This document shows, in pieces, positions 42,543 through 51,967 of a stretch of DNA of 64,000 bases (positions are counted from its first letter, which is position 1; the number at the start of each line of letters is the position of its first letter). The notes beneath the pieces are model-generated. The model saw only the letters and a program-made list of their open reading frames with translations. It had not been told where the DNA came from and did not search any database. The DNA is from an uncultured Phycisphaerales bacterium. GTDB taxonomy: Bacteria; Planctomycetota; Phycisphaerae; Sedimentisphaerales; Anaerobacaceae. The position numbers were made by a program, and so were the translations under genes. Where the stretch lies: NCBI GenBank assembly GCA_963772725.1, contig CAVYYI010000005.1:160001-224000 (forward strand). The letters are read 5' to 3'.

Positions 42543-43924
42543 AAGATATGCCCAGACAACTTACGCTTGAACAATGGGATACCCGCTACAAAGAACTGCG
42601 CCGCCAGGGATTGCGTGAACCGTCGTACGGCGGCCCCCTCAGCAGACACGTCGCCGAAAGTTCTGATTACAGGCTGGCGAAACTGCGATACGATGATTCG
42701 CCGGCGGCGCTGAGGCTGTGGAATTTTCTGCTCACCGAGGAGCAGCGACTGCACCAGGCAAAAACGCAGGGCAAAAAAATCATAGGTGTCATGAAAGATT
42801 TGGGCACCGTCCCAGTTATGACTTACTCGCTGGATAATCTCGTCGCCTTTTACCCTGACGGCACCTGGTGGATACCATGCATAACAGAACTAAATACCGG
42901 AATGCTCGCAATTGCCGATTCGCTCGGCATAGACGAATCTTTCTGTCCCGTCCGTGCGATGCTGGGCGCATTTGTCAGTGGTGAACACTTTCCCATTCCC
43001 GACAGGTTAATATGCGAGCGTTTGCGCAACGTGCGACGATTTTTCTGCCATCGCCCAGAGGCTCAACAGTCTCGATTATCCGATTTTATGGTGGGAAATT
43101 CCACACAGGCGCACACCCGAACCAAACGAAGAAGCCGTGACCCTGCCCGGCGGATTTTCTTCGCCGAAAACACAGGTTGAATTTGTCAAATCGCAGTTAA
43201 AAATAATTAAATCCGCAATCGAAGAACTGGCAGGCGAAAAACTCGATGACAAAAAACTCTCACGTGGTATTGCAAAGGCGAATCTTGTGCGGAGATATCT
43301 TGCAGAACTGCGCCACGAAGTATTTACTGCCCCTGTATGTCCGCTTGGCACTTGGAAATGCTTATCGCCGAAATGTTAGCGATACACTTCTGCTCCGATC
43401 AGGAAGAAACAATAATCGTATTAAAGCAATTGTCCGAAGAAGTAAAACATCGCGTCCATACAGGAAAAGGCCTTCTCGATTCCGCCGCGGCAAAAATCTT
43501 CTGGGTCAATCCTGTCGCCGATTTGCAGGTAATGAATCTTCTCGAACACTGCGGCGGCAGAATATGCGGAACTGAATATCTTTTCACTCACGCACTTGAT
43601 ATGATTCCCGAAAATATACCGCCGATAGACGCGCTTGCACAGATGGCTCTCGCCGACCCTATGGTGGGTGCTGCTGCACAACGTGCCTCGCGAATTTGTG
43701 CCGATGCGCGAAGATTCGGTTCGGAGGCGGTATTAATCTCTCGGATACCGGGGGCAAGCCATTGCGCCCTCGAAGGTCAAATCATCGGCGAAATTGTACA
43801 CGAACAACTTGACATACCCGTGCTTGAAATTGAGGTGCCGCCGATTGCCGATTCGATTTCCGCCTCGCTGATAAATCGCCTCGAATCGCTTATCGAAACC
43901 ATAAAACAACGGAGGAAAAAATGA
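42539..43924 (+). CDS. 2-hydroxyacyl-CoA dehydratase-family protein (frameshifts ~43016, ~43350)
   Basis: ESFCPVRA, re-framed ICSVCATCDDFS, SHCALEG, LEIEVP; ATGA overlaps with both neighbours. Confidence 0.72.
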
Positions 43925-44700
43925 TTTACGCTGGAATAGACGCGGGTTCACGGACAATAAAAATTGTTCTCTTCGACGCCGGCAAAAAACGGATTATCGC
44001 CAGGGGTCTTGCCGACCAGGGTGTCGAACAGAACAAGCTTGCCGAATCCCTTTTTAAAAAAATGCTAAAAGAAAATGACATTGCCCGAAAAGATGTCCGC
44101 CGGATTATCGCCACAGGCTACGGCAAAAACATCATATCGCAGGCCGATACCACCGTAACTGAGATTACATGTCACGCGGTTGGTGTACGTTTTTTTACTC
44201 ACGACGCGATGACCGTTATCGACATCGGAGGCCAGGACAGCAAGGTTATCAAACTTGATAAGACCGGCAGGATTCGCGATTTCTCGATGAACGACCGCTG
44301 CGCCGCCGGGACGGGACGATTTCTCGAAATTGTCGCTGCCCGGCTTAATGTCAACCTTGACGCGCTGGGGGTTTTATCATCGAAAAGCACACAACCCGCG
44401 GCGGTAAGCAGTATGTGCGTTGTCTTTGCCGAAACGGAAATTGTTGGCCTTCTCGCGTGCGGCAAACCCAGGGAGGATATTGTCGCTGGCGTTCAGTCCG
44501 CCATTGCGTCGAGGGTTGTCGCTCTTGCCGGCAGAAATCTCGATTCCCCCGTTGTTTTTACAGGCGGAGTCGCAATGGTCTCCGGAATGGATACGGCTTT
44601 GAAATATGCATTGGGACACAATATCAGAATTTCACCTGAGCCCCAAATGACCGGCGCAGTCGGCGCAGCGATTCTGGCGTCGAACCATAGTATGATATAG
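43921..44700 (+). CDS. ATP-dependent activase (HgdC/BadG/DCCP-reductase, ASKHA family)
   Basis: GIDAGS, ATGYG, EITCH, DIGGQDSK, MNDRCAAGTGRF, SMCVVFAETE. Confidence 0.92.
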   Translation: MIYAGIDAGSRTIKIVLFDAGKKRIIARGLADQGVEQNKLAESLFKKMLKENDIARKDVRRIIATGYGKNIISQADTTVTEITCHAVGVRFFTHDAMTVIDIGGQDSKVIKLDKTGRIRDFSMNDRCAAGTGRFLEIVAARLNVNLDALGVLSSKSTQPAAVSSMCVVFAETEIVGLLACGKPREDIVAGVQSAIASRVVALAGRNLDSPVVFTGGVAMVSGMDTALKYALGHNIRISPEPQMTGAVGAAILASNHSMI

Positions 44701-44723
44701 CAATTATAAAAAAGGATATAAAT

Positions 44724-45929
44724 ATGATAAATATCGAAAGACGAAAGCAGGTTATGCAGCGGTCAATCAAACTCGGCCACTGTGTTTGCGACCCGAAAAA
44801 ACCGTGCCCCTGCGACATTTTCAAAGAAAAAAATATTTGCCTTTGCGCAGGTGAAAGACTCGACGAAACTATTGGTGACGTACAATTGACAAAATTCGCC
44901 GAAAAGGCGGGCTGCGCATCAAAAATCGACCAGGCTTTTTTGAAAAGTGTTCTCAAAGACCTGCCTGCAATTGACGACCCCAATGTGCTTGTTGGTATGG
45001 CCGCAGGTGACGACGCGGGTATTTACGATATCGGCAATGGGCGAGTACTCGTGCAGACCGTAGATGTTTTCACTCCGACGGTCGATGACCCGTATTTGTT
45101 CGGGCAGGTGGCCGCCGCAAACTCGGTCAGCGATATTTATGCTATGGGAGGTACACCTCTGACAGCTCTTTCGATAATCGGTTTTCCCGTGCGAAAGCTT
45201 CCCGATAAAGCGATGTACGAAATCCTGCGAGGCGGCATCGACAAGATGAAAGAAGCCGGCGCAGCGGTAATCGGCGGGCATAGCATCAACGATGTTGATG
45301 TAAAAGCCGGTTTTGCTGTAACGGGAATAATGCAAAAAGATAAATTCATAACAAACTCTGGCGCACAAGCCGGCGATGTATTGATTCTCACAAAGCCGCT
45401 TGGCACAGGTATTATTACCTTCGCATCTCAAATCGACCGCGCAAGTCCGCAAAGCAAAGACGCCTCGGCAAAATCAATGACCATGCTCAATAAAACGGCT
45501 TCTGAGTTGATGGTCAAATTCGGCGTTCACGCCTGTACCGATGTTACGGGTTTTAGCCTGATGGGACACCTCACCGAAATGGCCCAAAGAAGCGGTGTTG
45601 ACCTCGAACTAATATGGGATGATATTCCGCTGCTACCGGGTGTGCTTGAATATGCGGCTCAGAGTATTTTGCCTGGCGCCATCGAGCGAAATAAAGAATC
45701 GTGCGGCGAACGTGTTGTCACAGCCAAGGAACTAAAACGTGAACTTGCCGATATCTGCTACGATGCACAAACTTCAGGCGGTCTGCTTATCGCGGTCGCC
45801 CCCAATATTGCCGCCGATTTCCTCAACGCTCTGCACCAAAACGGCATCGCTGAGGCCGCGATTATCGGCAATGTTATCGCCAAAGGCACCGGCATTATTT
45901 ATCTTAACACCACGAACACTAGCAAATAG
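44724..45929 (+). CDS. selD: Selenophosphate synthetase (Cys-type) with Cys-rich N-terminal extension
   Basis: GCASK, DDAG, QTVDVF, AANSVSDIYAMGG, GGHS, TDVTGF, QTSGGLL. Confidence 0.93.
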   Translation: MINIERRKQVMQRSIKLGHCVCDPKKPCPCDIFKEKNICLCAGERLDETIGDVQLTKFAEKAGCASKIDQAFLKSVLKDLPAIDDPNVLVGMAAGDDAGIYDIGNGRVLVQTVDVFTPTVDDPYLFGQVAAANSVSDIYAMGGTPLTALSIIGFPVRKLPDKAMYEILRGGIDKMKEAGAAVIGGHSINDVDVKAGFAVTGIMQKDKFITNSGAQAGDVLILTKPLGTGIITFASQIDRASPQSKDASAKSMTMLNKTASELMVKFGVHACTDVTGFSLMGHLTEMAQRSGVDLELIWDDIPLLPGVLEYAAQSILPGAIERNKESCGERVVTAKELKRELADICYDAQTSGGLLIAVAPNIAADFLNALHQNGIAEAAIIGNVIAKGTGIIYLNTTNTSK

Positions 45930-45951
45930 GAATTTTTTGGTTTGAAATGGT

Positions 45952-45980
45952 TTGATGATAACAGTTTAATTATGTATAAT
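45952..45980 (+). promoter_or_regulatory. Sigma70-type promoter of tRNA-Sec
   Basis: TTGATG-N17-TATAAT. Confidence 0.65.
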
Positions 45981-46007
45981 TATGGATGAAGCTGAAAGAA
46001 TTTTATT

Positions 46008-46102
46008 GGAGGTGATAGGTGTCTGGTGACGCCCCTGGTCTTCAAAACCAGCGAGGGGTCGATAAGGTCCCGGGTGGGTTCGATTCCCATTCGCCTCCGC
46101 CA
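46008..46102 (+). tRNA. selC: tRNA-Sec (anticodon TCA)
   Basis: 95 nt; 8-bp acceptor GGAGGTGA/TCGCCTCC, CTGGT-cTTCAaa-ACCAG anticodon arm, long variable arm, GTTCGATTC, ends GCCA. Confidence 0.95.
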
Positions 46103-46116
46103 AAAATAACCGCGAC

Positions 46117-46434
46117 ATGTTAAAGAAAGCCGCGTTAAATATGGATAATACAAAACCGAATATGAACCCTGCCACACGACGCCGTACGATTTTGTCGATT
46201 CTGGCGATACTCATCGCCCTCGCGCTATTTATCTGCGGCGCAGGCCTGCATACTATTAATGTTTATGCCCCCAAAGATGTAAAATCCTCAGATACCAAAC
46301 AGCTTAAACTGGCCGAACCTGCTGTTGTTAAAGATATAACCATCGGCGGACTCGTCCGGCTCGATAACGGCCAAATCAAACGCACTTATGCCGCAGGACA
46401 GGCCCCGGCACTGTGCCCTACCTGAGTAAAGTAA
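46117..46434 (+). CDS. Small membrane-anchored putative selenoprotein ending CPT-U-VK (start may be 46141 or 46162)
   Basis: TM helix; tgc cct acc TGA gta aag TAA gives CxxU; SECIS-like hairpin; directly after selC. Confidence 0.68.
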
Positions 46435-46438
46435 AGGA

Positions 46439-46457
46439 GGCTGTGGTGTCCATAGCC
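46439..46457 (+). promoter_or_regulatory. SECIS-like hairpin C
   Basis: GGCTGTGG-TGT-CCATAGCC, 8-bp stem (one G-U) starting 13 nt after TGA 46423-46425. Confidence 0.65.
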
Positions 46458-47303
46458 AAAAAAGGATTAAATAAAATTGCTTCCAAACTCATCCCCATCC
46501 GGCTGTGGGTTCAGTCTGCCTTCCTGCTTATCTGGCTCGACCCCCTCGCGCTGAGGCTTCATAATTTCTGCTCACCAGTTTTTCATTGTTACTCCTGCCC
46601 GCTGGCAACTTTTGCCTGCCCGATTGGCGTCCTCGCAAATTTCAGCGCACTGCACATTTTTCCATTCATAGCCCTTGGTACGATTATACTGGCAGGGGGG
46701 CTCCTCGGCAGTCTAATCTGCGGATGGGTCTGCCCTTTCGGTTTGCTGCAAGACCTTGTCGCGAAAGTCCCCATCCAGAAATTTGACCCACCTCGCTGGA
46801 CAAACCATTTCCGCTATGTGGTTTTAATCGGCACTGTTCTTGCAGTTCCCTATTTTTTCGGCGAAGTACATCCGCTTTTTGTCTGCCGCCTCTGTCCCGC
46901 AGGCGCAATTGAAGGCGCAATTCCCAACATCGTTACTCAGGCCGCCGAAGGAAAACCGCTCGTTTGGCCAAGCGACGTAAAAATTATAATTGTCGTGCTC
47001 ATCGTCGCCGCTATGTTTATGATTAAAAGGCCGTGGTGCAGAATCTTCTGCCCTCTCGGCGCAATCTTCGGCCTGTTCAATCGCGTCTCAACGTTTTTCC
47101 TGCGAATCGACAACGGCAAATGCGTCAACTGTGTTCAGTGCCGCAAACTCTGCGAATACGGCGTCGAGCCGGACAAAAATGTCAATGACCCGCGATGCAT
47201 CCGCTGCCTCGAATGCGTCCGCTGTCCCCCCGAAGCCATCACCTTCACAAGCGTTTTTGAACGTTCGGATACCCCAAAATCCACCGCTACCAAAGATATA
47301 TAA
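46446..47303 (+). CDS. NapH/MauN-like membrane 4Fe-4S binding protein
   Basis: CGWVCPFG, CRIFCPLG, two CxxCxxCxxxC motifs, TM helices; GTG start after GGAGG. Confidence 0.85.
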   Translation: MSIAKKGLNKIASKLIPIRLWVQSAFLLIWLDPLALRLHNFCSPVFHCYSCPLATFACPIGVLANFSALHIFPFIALGTIILAGGLLGSLICGWVCPFGLLQDLVAKVPIQKFDPPRWTNHFRYVVLIGTVLAVPYFFGEVHPLFVCRLCPAGAIEGAIPNIVTQAAEGKPLVWPSDVKIIIVVLIVAAMFMIKRPWCRIFCPLGAIFGLFNRVSTFFLRIDNGKCVNCVQCRKLCEYGVEPDKNVNDPRCIRCLECVRCPPEAITFTSVFERSDTPKSTATKDI

Positions 47304-47316
47304 CAGTAGCAGTTTC

Positions 47317-49818
47317 TTACTTTTCAATTGCAGTGATTTTGCTATCCAGTTCTGTTACGCTGAATCCTTCGGTGGTTACTTTGTGGGTCTTGTCGGTTAG
47401 GATTAACCATGGCAGGGATTTGACGCCCCAAGTGAATTTTGTCTTTTCCGCGTTGTCTTTTACCATTCCCATAGGAAAATTAATATTCAGCTTTTTCAGC
47501 ATATCGGTCATGGCTAATTCATCGGCCTTGGAGGCCTGCACAGCGAGCACAACGATTCCTTTCTGCTTCAACTCATCGGTCTTTTTAACGAGTTCTGTCA
47601 GGCAATGTCTCAACGGCCGCTGATTTATGTCAAAAAAGCAAACTAATACCGCTTTATCATTTACATCAGCGGACGAAACTGCGCCTTTGAAATCCTTAAA
47701 ATCAGGCAGAGGTTTACCGATAAGTGACGCCGGCTGTTTGGCGACAAAACTTCTTCTGCCTTGCTGACTGATCACAATTTTAATATCGTTGGCGCCGCCC
47801 TCAGTCTGCGCACGACCATATAAATAGCTGCCTTTGATTTCCAAATTTGCGTTTATTTCAAGAGTCCCGGCGCAGACGCCATCAATTTTGAATTTGCCCT
47901 GTTTGTCGGTTTTGATATCATATTTTTGAGGCTGACCCTTGCCATAAGTATATAACCTGGCATCAGCGACAGGGTCATCGTTGGCATCGACTACAACTCC
48001 GGAAACGGATAAATTGGCCAATTGAAGCGTTACCGGCGGCAGTTCGATACGATTGTTGATGGCTGCATCTGCTGTAAGCACTTCCCGCTGGAACTGTTCA
48101 GTGCCGAAGCCGTCCGCGCTAATGCTCATTGAATATCTGCCTTCGGCGGGAATTGCTTTAATCTCGAATTTTCCCTGCTTATCGGTTTTAACGGGAGCCC
48201 CCATATTTGAACCATTATTTGATGACCACATTGTCACGCTAACCGAAGCGCCGGCAATAGGCTTATTATTCGGGTCGGTAACTTTACCGGCGAAAATCAG
48301 GCCTGGCGCGAGTTTAATATCTATTGTTTTAGTTTCCCGTGTTATTTCGACAGCGGCGGCGAGATTCTTCGACTCCTGCCTTGCGATAAGATAAGAGGTT
48401 CTTTCGTTACCCGGCCCGAACGTTTCTGGCTGCCATGTAAGCTCAAATTTGCCTTGTGCGTCAGTTTTAATATCTTCACGACCGCCCCATGGAAAAGCCA
48501 TGAGGTTAATGCCTTCTACGGCCTTACCCGCTTCATCGAGGACAACACCTGTAATCTTGGGCGGTGCGGAAAGCTGTATTTCGAGATGAGCTATCTTGCC
48601 GTTTTCTATTGCGATAGGTTCTCCACGCTGTTGTACCGATGCGTAACCTTCTTTGTACACATTGATGAGCCTGTATTCGCCCGGATTAAGACGAATTGCA
48701 GCGATACCGTTCTTGTCCGACCTTCCGATAGTGTACCGCTCCTGCTGTGAAGAAGGCCGAACATAAACTGATGCGCCTTCAATGGCTTTTTTCTCCACGT
48801 CGGTAACCAGTACCTCAAGTATACCGCCTTTATTTACCCATAAGGTGATTCCGCTTGTTGTTTTGCCCGTCTCAACATTCGCATCCACAGGTTCACTCGT
48901 CCATTCGCTGACTCCTTCAATGATCGGCACTAAAATTACAGCATAACTGCCAGCCGGAACATCATTAAAAGCGAATGTCCCGTCCGCAGCCGAAGTAACC
49001 GGTTGGGTGCCCAATGAAGGGCTGTTTCTTTCCAACGTTAACAAAATTTTGACCCCGCCTACGGGTTTGCCGTTAGATTTCTGTACGACTTTGCCTTCGA
49101 TTTTTCCGCCTGCGGTTTGAACAATCCTTATATTATCCTGTCCGGCAGTAAATTGAGGTTTGCCTCCACCGTAACCATTGAGGTTCATAGTAACGGCAAC
49201 AGCCCTGCCGGTTTTTCGTACCATAAATTCGGCGGCTGCATCAGCGGGAATATTATTGAAACTGAATCTGCCCCATTCATTGGTTCTGGTGACGAGGATA
49301 TCGAAAGGCTCCATCCCTATCAAAAACCGCGGCTGTTTTTGAGCATTATTTTGAGGATTATTTAGTTCTCCAATTACCATCATCATTACTCTGACCTCGG
49401 CATCGTAAACAGGTTCATTTGCATCATCGACCACAACACCCGCCAGCGTCATCGGTTTACCGAGTGTCATTTTAAATGTCTGGTCTTTGGCTGGGAGCCA
49501 ATTGGCCCAATCCATCGCCAAGCCGTCCTTTTGAGCTGTTATCATCACCTGGCTAAAGCGAGTCCCTTTTTTAATTGTAAAAGCGAATTTGCCGTCCGTC
49601 TTTGTTATAACATCTTCCTTTGTCTTTAAATCAGGAATCAGGAAAGAGGAACTCACCCCAAGTTCATACAGCGTAACTTTCGCCCCTTCGATGGGCTGAT
49701 TCTGGTCGTTGACGACCGTACCGGTGCAGGCTGCCTTGTCAACATCGTCAGCTTTTAGAGTATTAGCAAAAACGCTTAGAATACCCGCACATAAAACCAC
49801 CGTCAAAATTCTCCGCAT
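47317..49818 (-). CDS. Secreted protein with repeated carboxypeptidase-regulatory-like beta domains and a C-terminal thioredoxin-like domain lacking CxxC
   Basis: Signal peptide, repeated G.VVD....PV.GA.V...TD..G.F units, LIGKPLPDF...CFFDINQRP...GVKSLPWLILTD. Confidence 0.72.
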   Translation of the reverse strand: MRRILTVVLCAGILSVFANTLKADDVDKAACTGTVVNDQNQPIEGAKVTLYELGVSSSFLIPDLKTKEDVITKTDGKFAFTIKKGTRFSQVMITAQKDGLAMDWANWLPAKDQTFKMTLGKPMTLAGVVVDDANEPVYDAEVRVMMMVIGELNNPQNNAQKQPRFLIGMEPFDILVTRTNEWGRFSFNNIPADAAAEFMVRKTGRAVAVTMNLNGYGGGKPQFTAGQDNIRIVQTAGGKIEGKVVQKSNGKPVGGVKILLTLERNSPSLGTQPVTSAADGTFAFNDVPAGSYAVILVPIIEGVSEWTSEPVDANVETGKTTSGITLWVNKGGILEVLVTDVEKKAIEGASVYVRPSSQQERYTIGRSDKNGIAAIRLNPGEYRLINVYKEGYASVQQRGEPIAIENGKIAHLEIQLSAPPKITGVVLDEAGKAVEGINLMAFPWGGREDIKTDAQGKFELTWQPETFGPGNERTSYLIARQESKNLAAAVEITRETKTIDIKLAPGLIFAGKVTDPNNKPIAGASVSVTMWSSNNGSNMGAPVKTDKQGKFEIKAIPAEGRYSMSISADGFGTEQFQREVLTADAAINNRIELPPVTLQLANLSVSGVVVDANDDPVADARLYTYGKGQPQKYDIKTDKQGKFKIDGVCAGTLEINANLEIKGSYLYGRAQTEGGANDIKIVISQQGRRSFVAKQPASLIGKPLPDFKDFKGAVSSADVNDKAVLVCFFDINQRPLRHCLTELVKKTDELKQKGIVVLAVQASKADELAMTDMLKKLNINFPMGMVKDNAEKTKFTWGVKSLPWLILTDKTHKVTTEGFSVTELDSKITAIEK

Positions 49819-49943
49819 TTTGAAGCTCCTTTAAACCCTAAACAAATTCTAATAACAAAATCTAAGACAACCCCGCGGATAAACCGCGGGGCTTTTGGTT
49901 TTATTCTGTCTACTGTATCCTGTGTTCTGTATTCTTTCTAGAT

Positions 49944-51407
49944 TTAAGTTTTCTTTTTTCGGGTCAGTACCGCGATAATCACCATAATAAACACAATGAC
50001 CAGAACCGCAGGCCAGTTTATCTTCGAGGGGGTCTTCTGCTCCGCGGGTGCCTGCTCATTAGCCGCAATCGTCGCCTCAATGGTTATTGGTTTAATTTCA
50101 ACCTTGAACGGCAATCCACTTGCCAGTTCTACTGTCGCTGTAAATGGGCCTTTTACATTTTTGGGTCTCCGCCACGAGAGCGAACATGTCCCGCCTCAGC
50201 CATACTCGAAGTTTAATTTCTTGTCATACGACCCGTCTCCATTTTTGATGCTCAGTTTTGGAGCTGGCGGCCTGTTGTTATTTTTGAGGATTTCCAAATC
50301 TTCATCAAGCTGACCTGTTAAACTTTGCACGAACCGATATGACGGGAAAATTGCAACAATCGGACCTATTCCGCTTTCACGCTGCATTTTAAGTTCGCAG
50401 GTTACCGGCTCGCCGACAGCGAGGGCTGTTTCAGTATTTTCATTGACATCGAAGAGGGATTTTTTACTTTGCAGTTGTTGTGCTTTTAACTTCCAGGAAA
50501 CACTGTTATCGTCTTTTCGCTCAAGTTCCCAGAGATAGATGCGATATTTGCCAACGGGCAGTTTTCCGAGACCCTTATCGAGTTTGACATAGAAAAGGCC
50601 GTTGTTGCCTCCCGCTGCAAATGTGTTAATCGTCTCTGGAACCTTTATATTGCCGAAGACAACATTTTCCGCCGGTGAAAGCTTTACGTAAGCGCCGTCT
50701 TTTGCCACATCGAGTTGATACAGCTTATCATCAACTTCGATGTACTTACCAACGAAACGGCTGTTGCGTTCATTTTCTTTTTGGCCGATTATGATGCGGT
50801 CGCTTTTCCAGAAGTTGCCGGACTTGTCGTTAAATGTGCCGTTGCAGGTTTGGTCGATAAGAATACAGTGTTTTTTCACATTGCCAACCGTTATATCACC
50901 CTCGTACCAGCAGGCCAGTGAAGAATACAAGTAATTTTTATCGCCACTGACATAACAGGTAAAATTCAGATGATATGTGATTGGACCGTCCTGACCATCG
51001 AAAACGAGTTGAACAGGCCCGAATTGTGCTGAGCGGCCATCAGCTTGATACGGCTTGGCAGGTGTTTCATCATTGAGAGAGCCGTTATCCTTGGCGTCAA
51101 TAAAAAGCCTGTCGTAAGGCCCATTCTTTTTTGAGCGGTCAAGGGCGAGCCACAGGAACTTGTTTTTGGCCATAGGGCTTGACCATTTGCCGAATAAGGG
51201 CTTATCGCTGCTAAACTCTGGCAAAATAAGGTCTTGTGGTTTTTCGGTTTGAAGTTTTATGCCTGTCCCGCCGGAATAGCCCGTAATCTCGCGTGCCATC
51301 CGGTCGTAATGGTATTGAAGCCATTGTTCTTCCTGTGCCACCGCCACAGAGGTGAAAAAGAATATGCCAGCCAGAACCGCAACTTGGACAAACGCTTTCT
51401 TTGCCAT
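49944..51407 (-). CDS. Putative selenoprotein B (signal peptide; YG-U-GGTC; C-terminal TM plus basic tail), 487 aa with UGA 50196-50198 read through
   Basis: The frame stays open 83 codons past TGA: GGTCSLSWRRPKNVKGPFTATVELASGLPF...WPAVLVIVFIMVIIAVLTRKKKT*. Hairpin TCTCG-TGG-C(G)GAGA at 50166-50179. Confidence 0.8.
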
Positions 51408-51537
51408 TTTAGCACCTCATAAAGATAAATTTTAATTAAAACGGCCGGAAAAATTCACCGCTTTATAGTATAGACGCTATTCGACGAAAAATATTACACT
51501 TTTTTTGCAAATCTTTACGATTTTTTCAAAATTTTTA

Positions 51538-51885
51538 TTATAACCACGAATTTAACCCGTGTCTGACTCTCTTAGTGCCTTTGAGCCTTCTTAGCGGTTG
51601 CCTTTTTTCTCCGGTTATATTAGGTTCAATATCATTTCCATTTGATTTAAAAGAAGTTATATCAAGGTACTCAAGCGACTTTATCTTTGCCAGATTGGCA
51701 AGTTCCTGGTCGGTTAGATTTGCATGCCATAAATCGACCTTTTTTAGTACAGGAATTACGGCAAGGAATTCTGCAAAACAAAAGCCCGATGCCCCGGCTG
51801 CCCCTCGAAAATCTCCTACATACCCTCGATATCGAACATTTCTAAAATCATCCGCATCGTTTAGGAAATCCAAAACGATACCCAA
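51538..51885 (-). pseudogene. Possible leucine-rich-repeat gene fragment
   Basis: LKKVDLWHANLTDQELANLAKIKSLEYLDI resembles an LRR; no convincing start. Confidence 0.35.
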
Positions 51886-51967
51886 ACACGGAAATTACTT
51901 GCGTTTCAAGTTAAATTTGCTAATTAATGACACTCAGAAAAACCATTATTACTATTGAGGTGCGTTT

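Noticed and set aside
36591..50198. Genome-wide UGA reassignment (Trp or Gly) as the explanation for the read-throughs
   Set aside because: Other genes end normally at TGA (pfkB, nusB/parA and dehydratase ATGA overlaps), long genes lack scattered internal TGA, and a tRNA-Sec is present.
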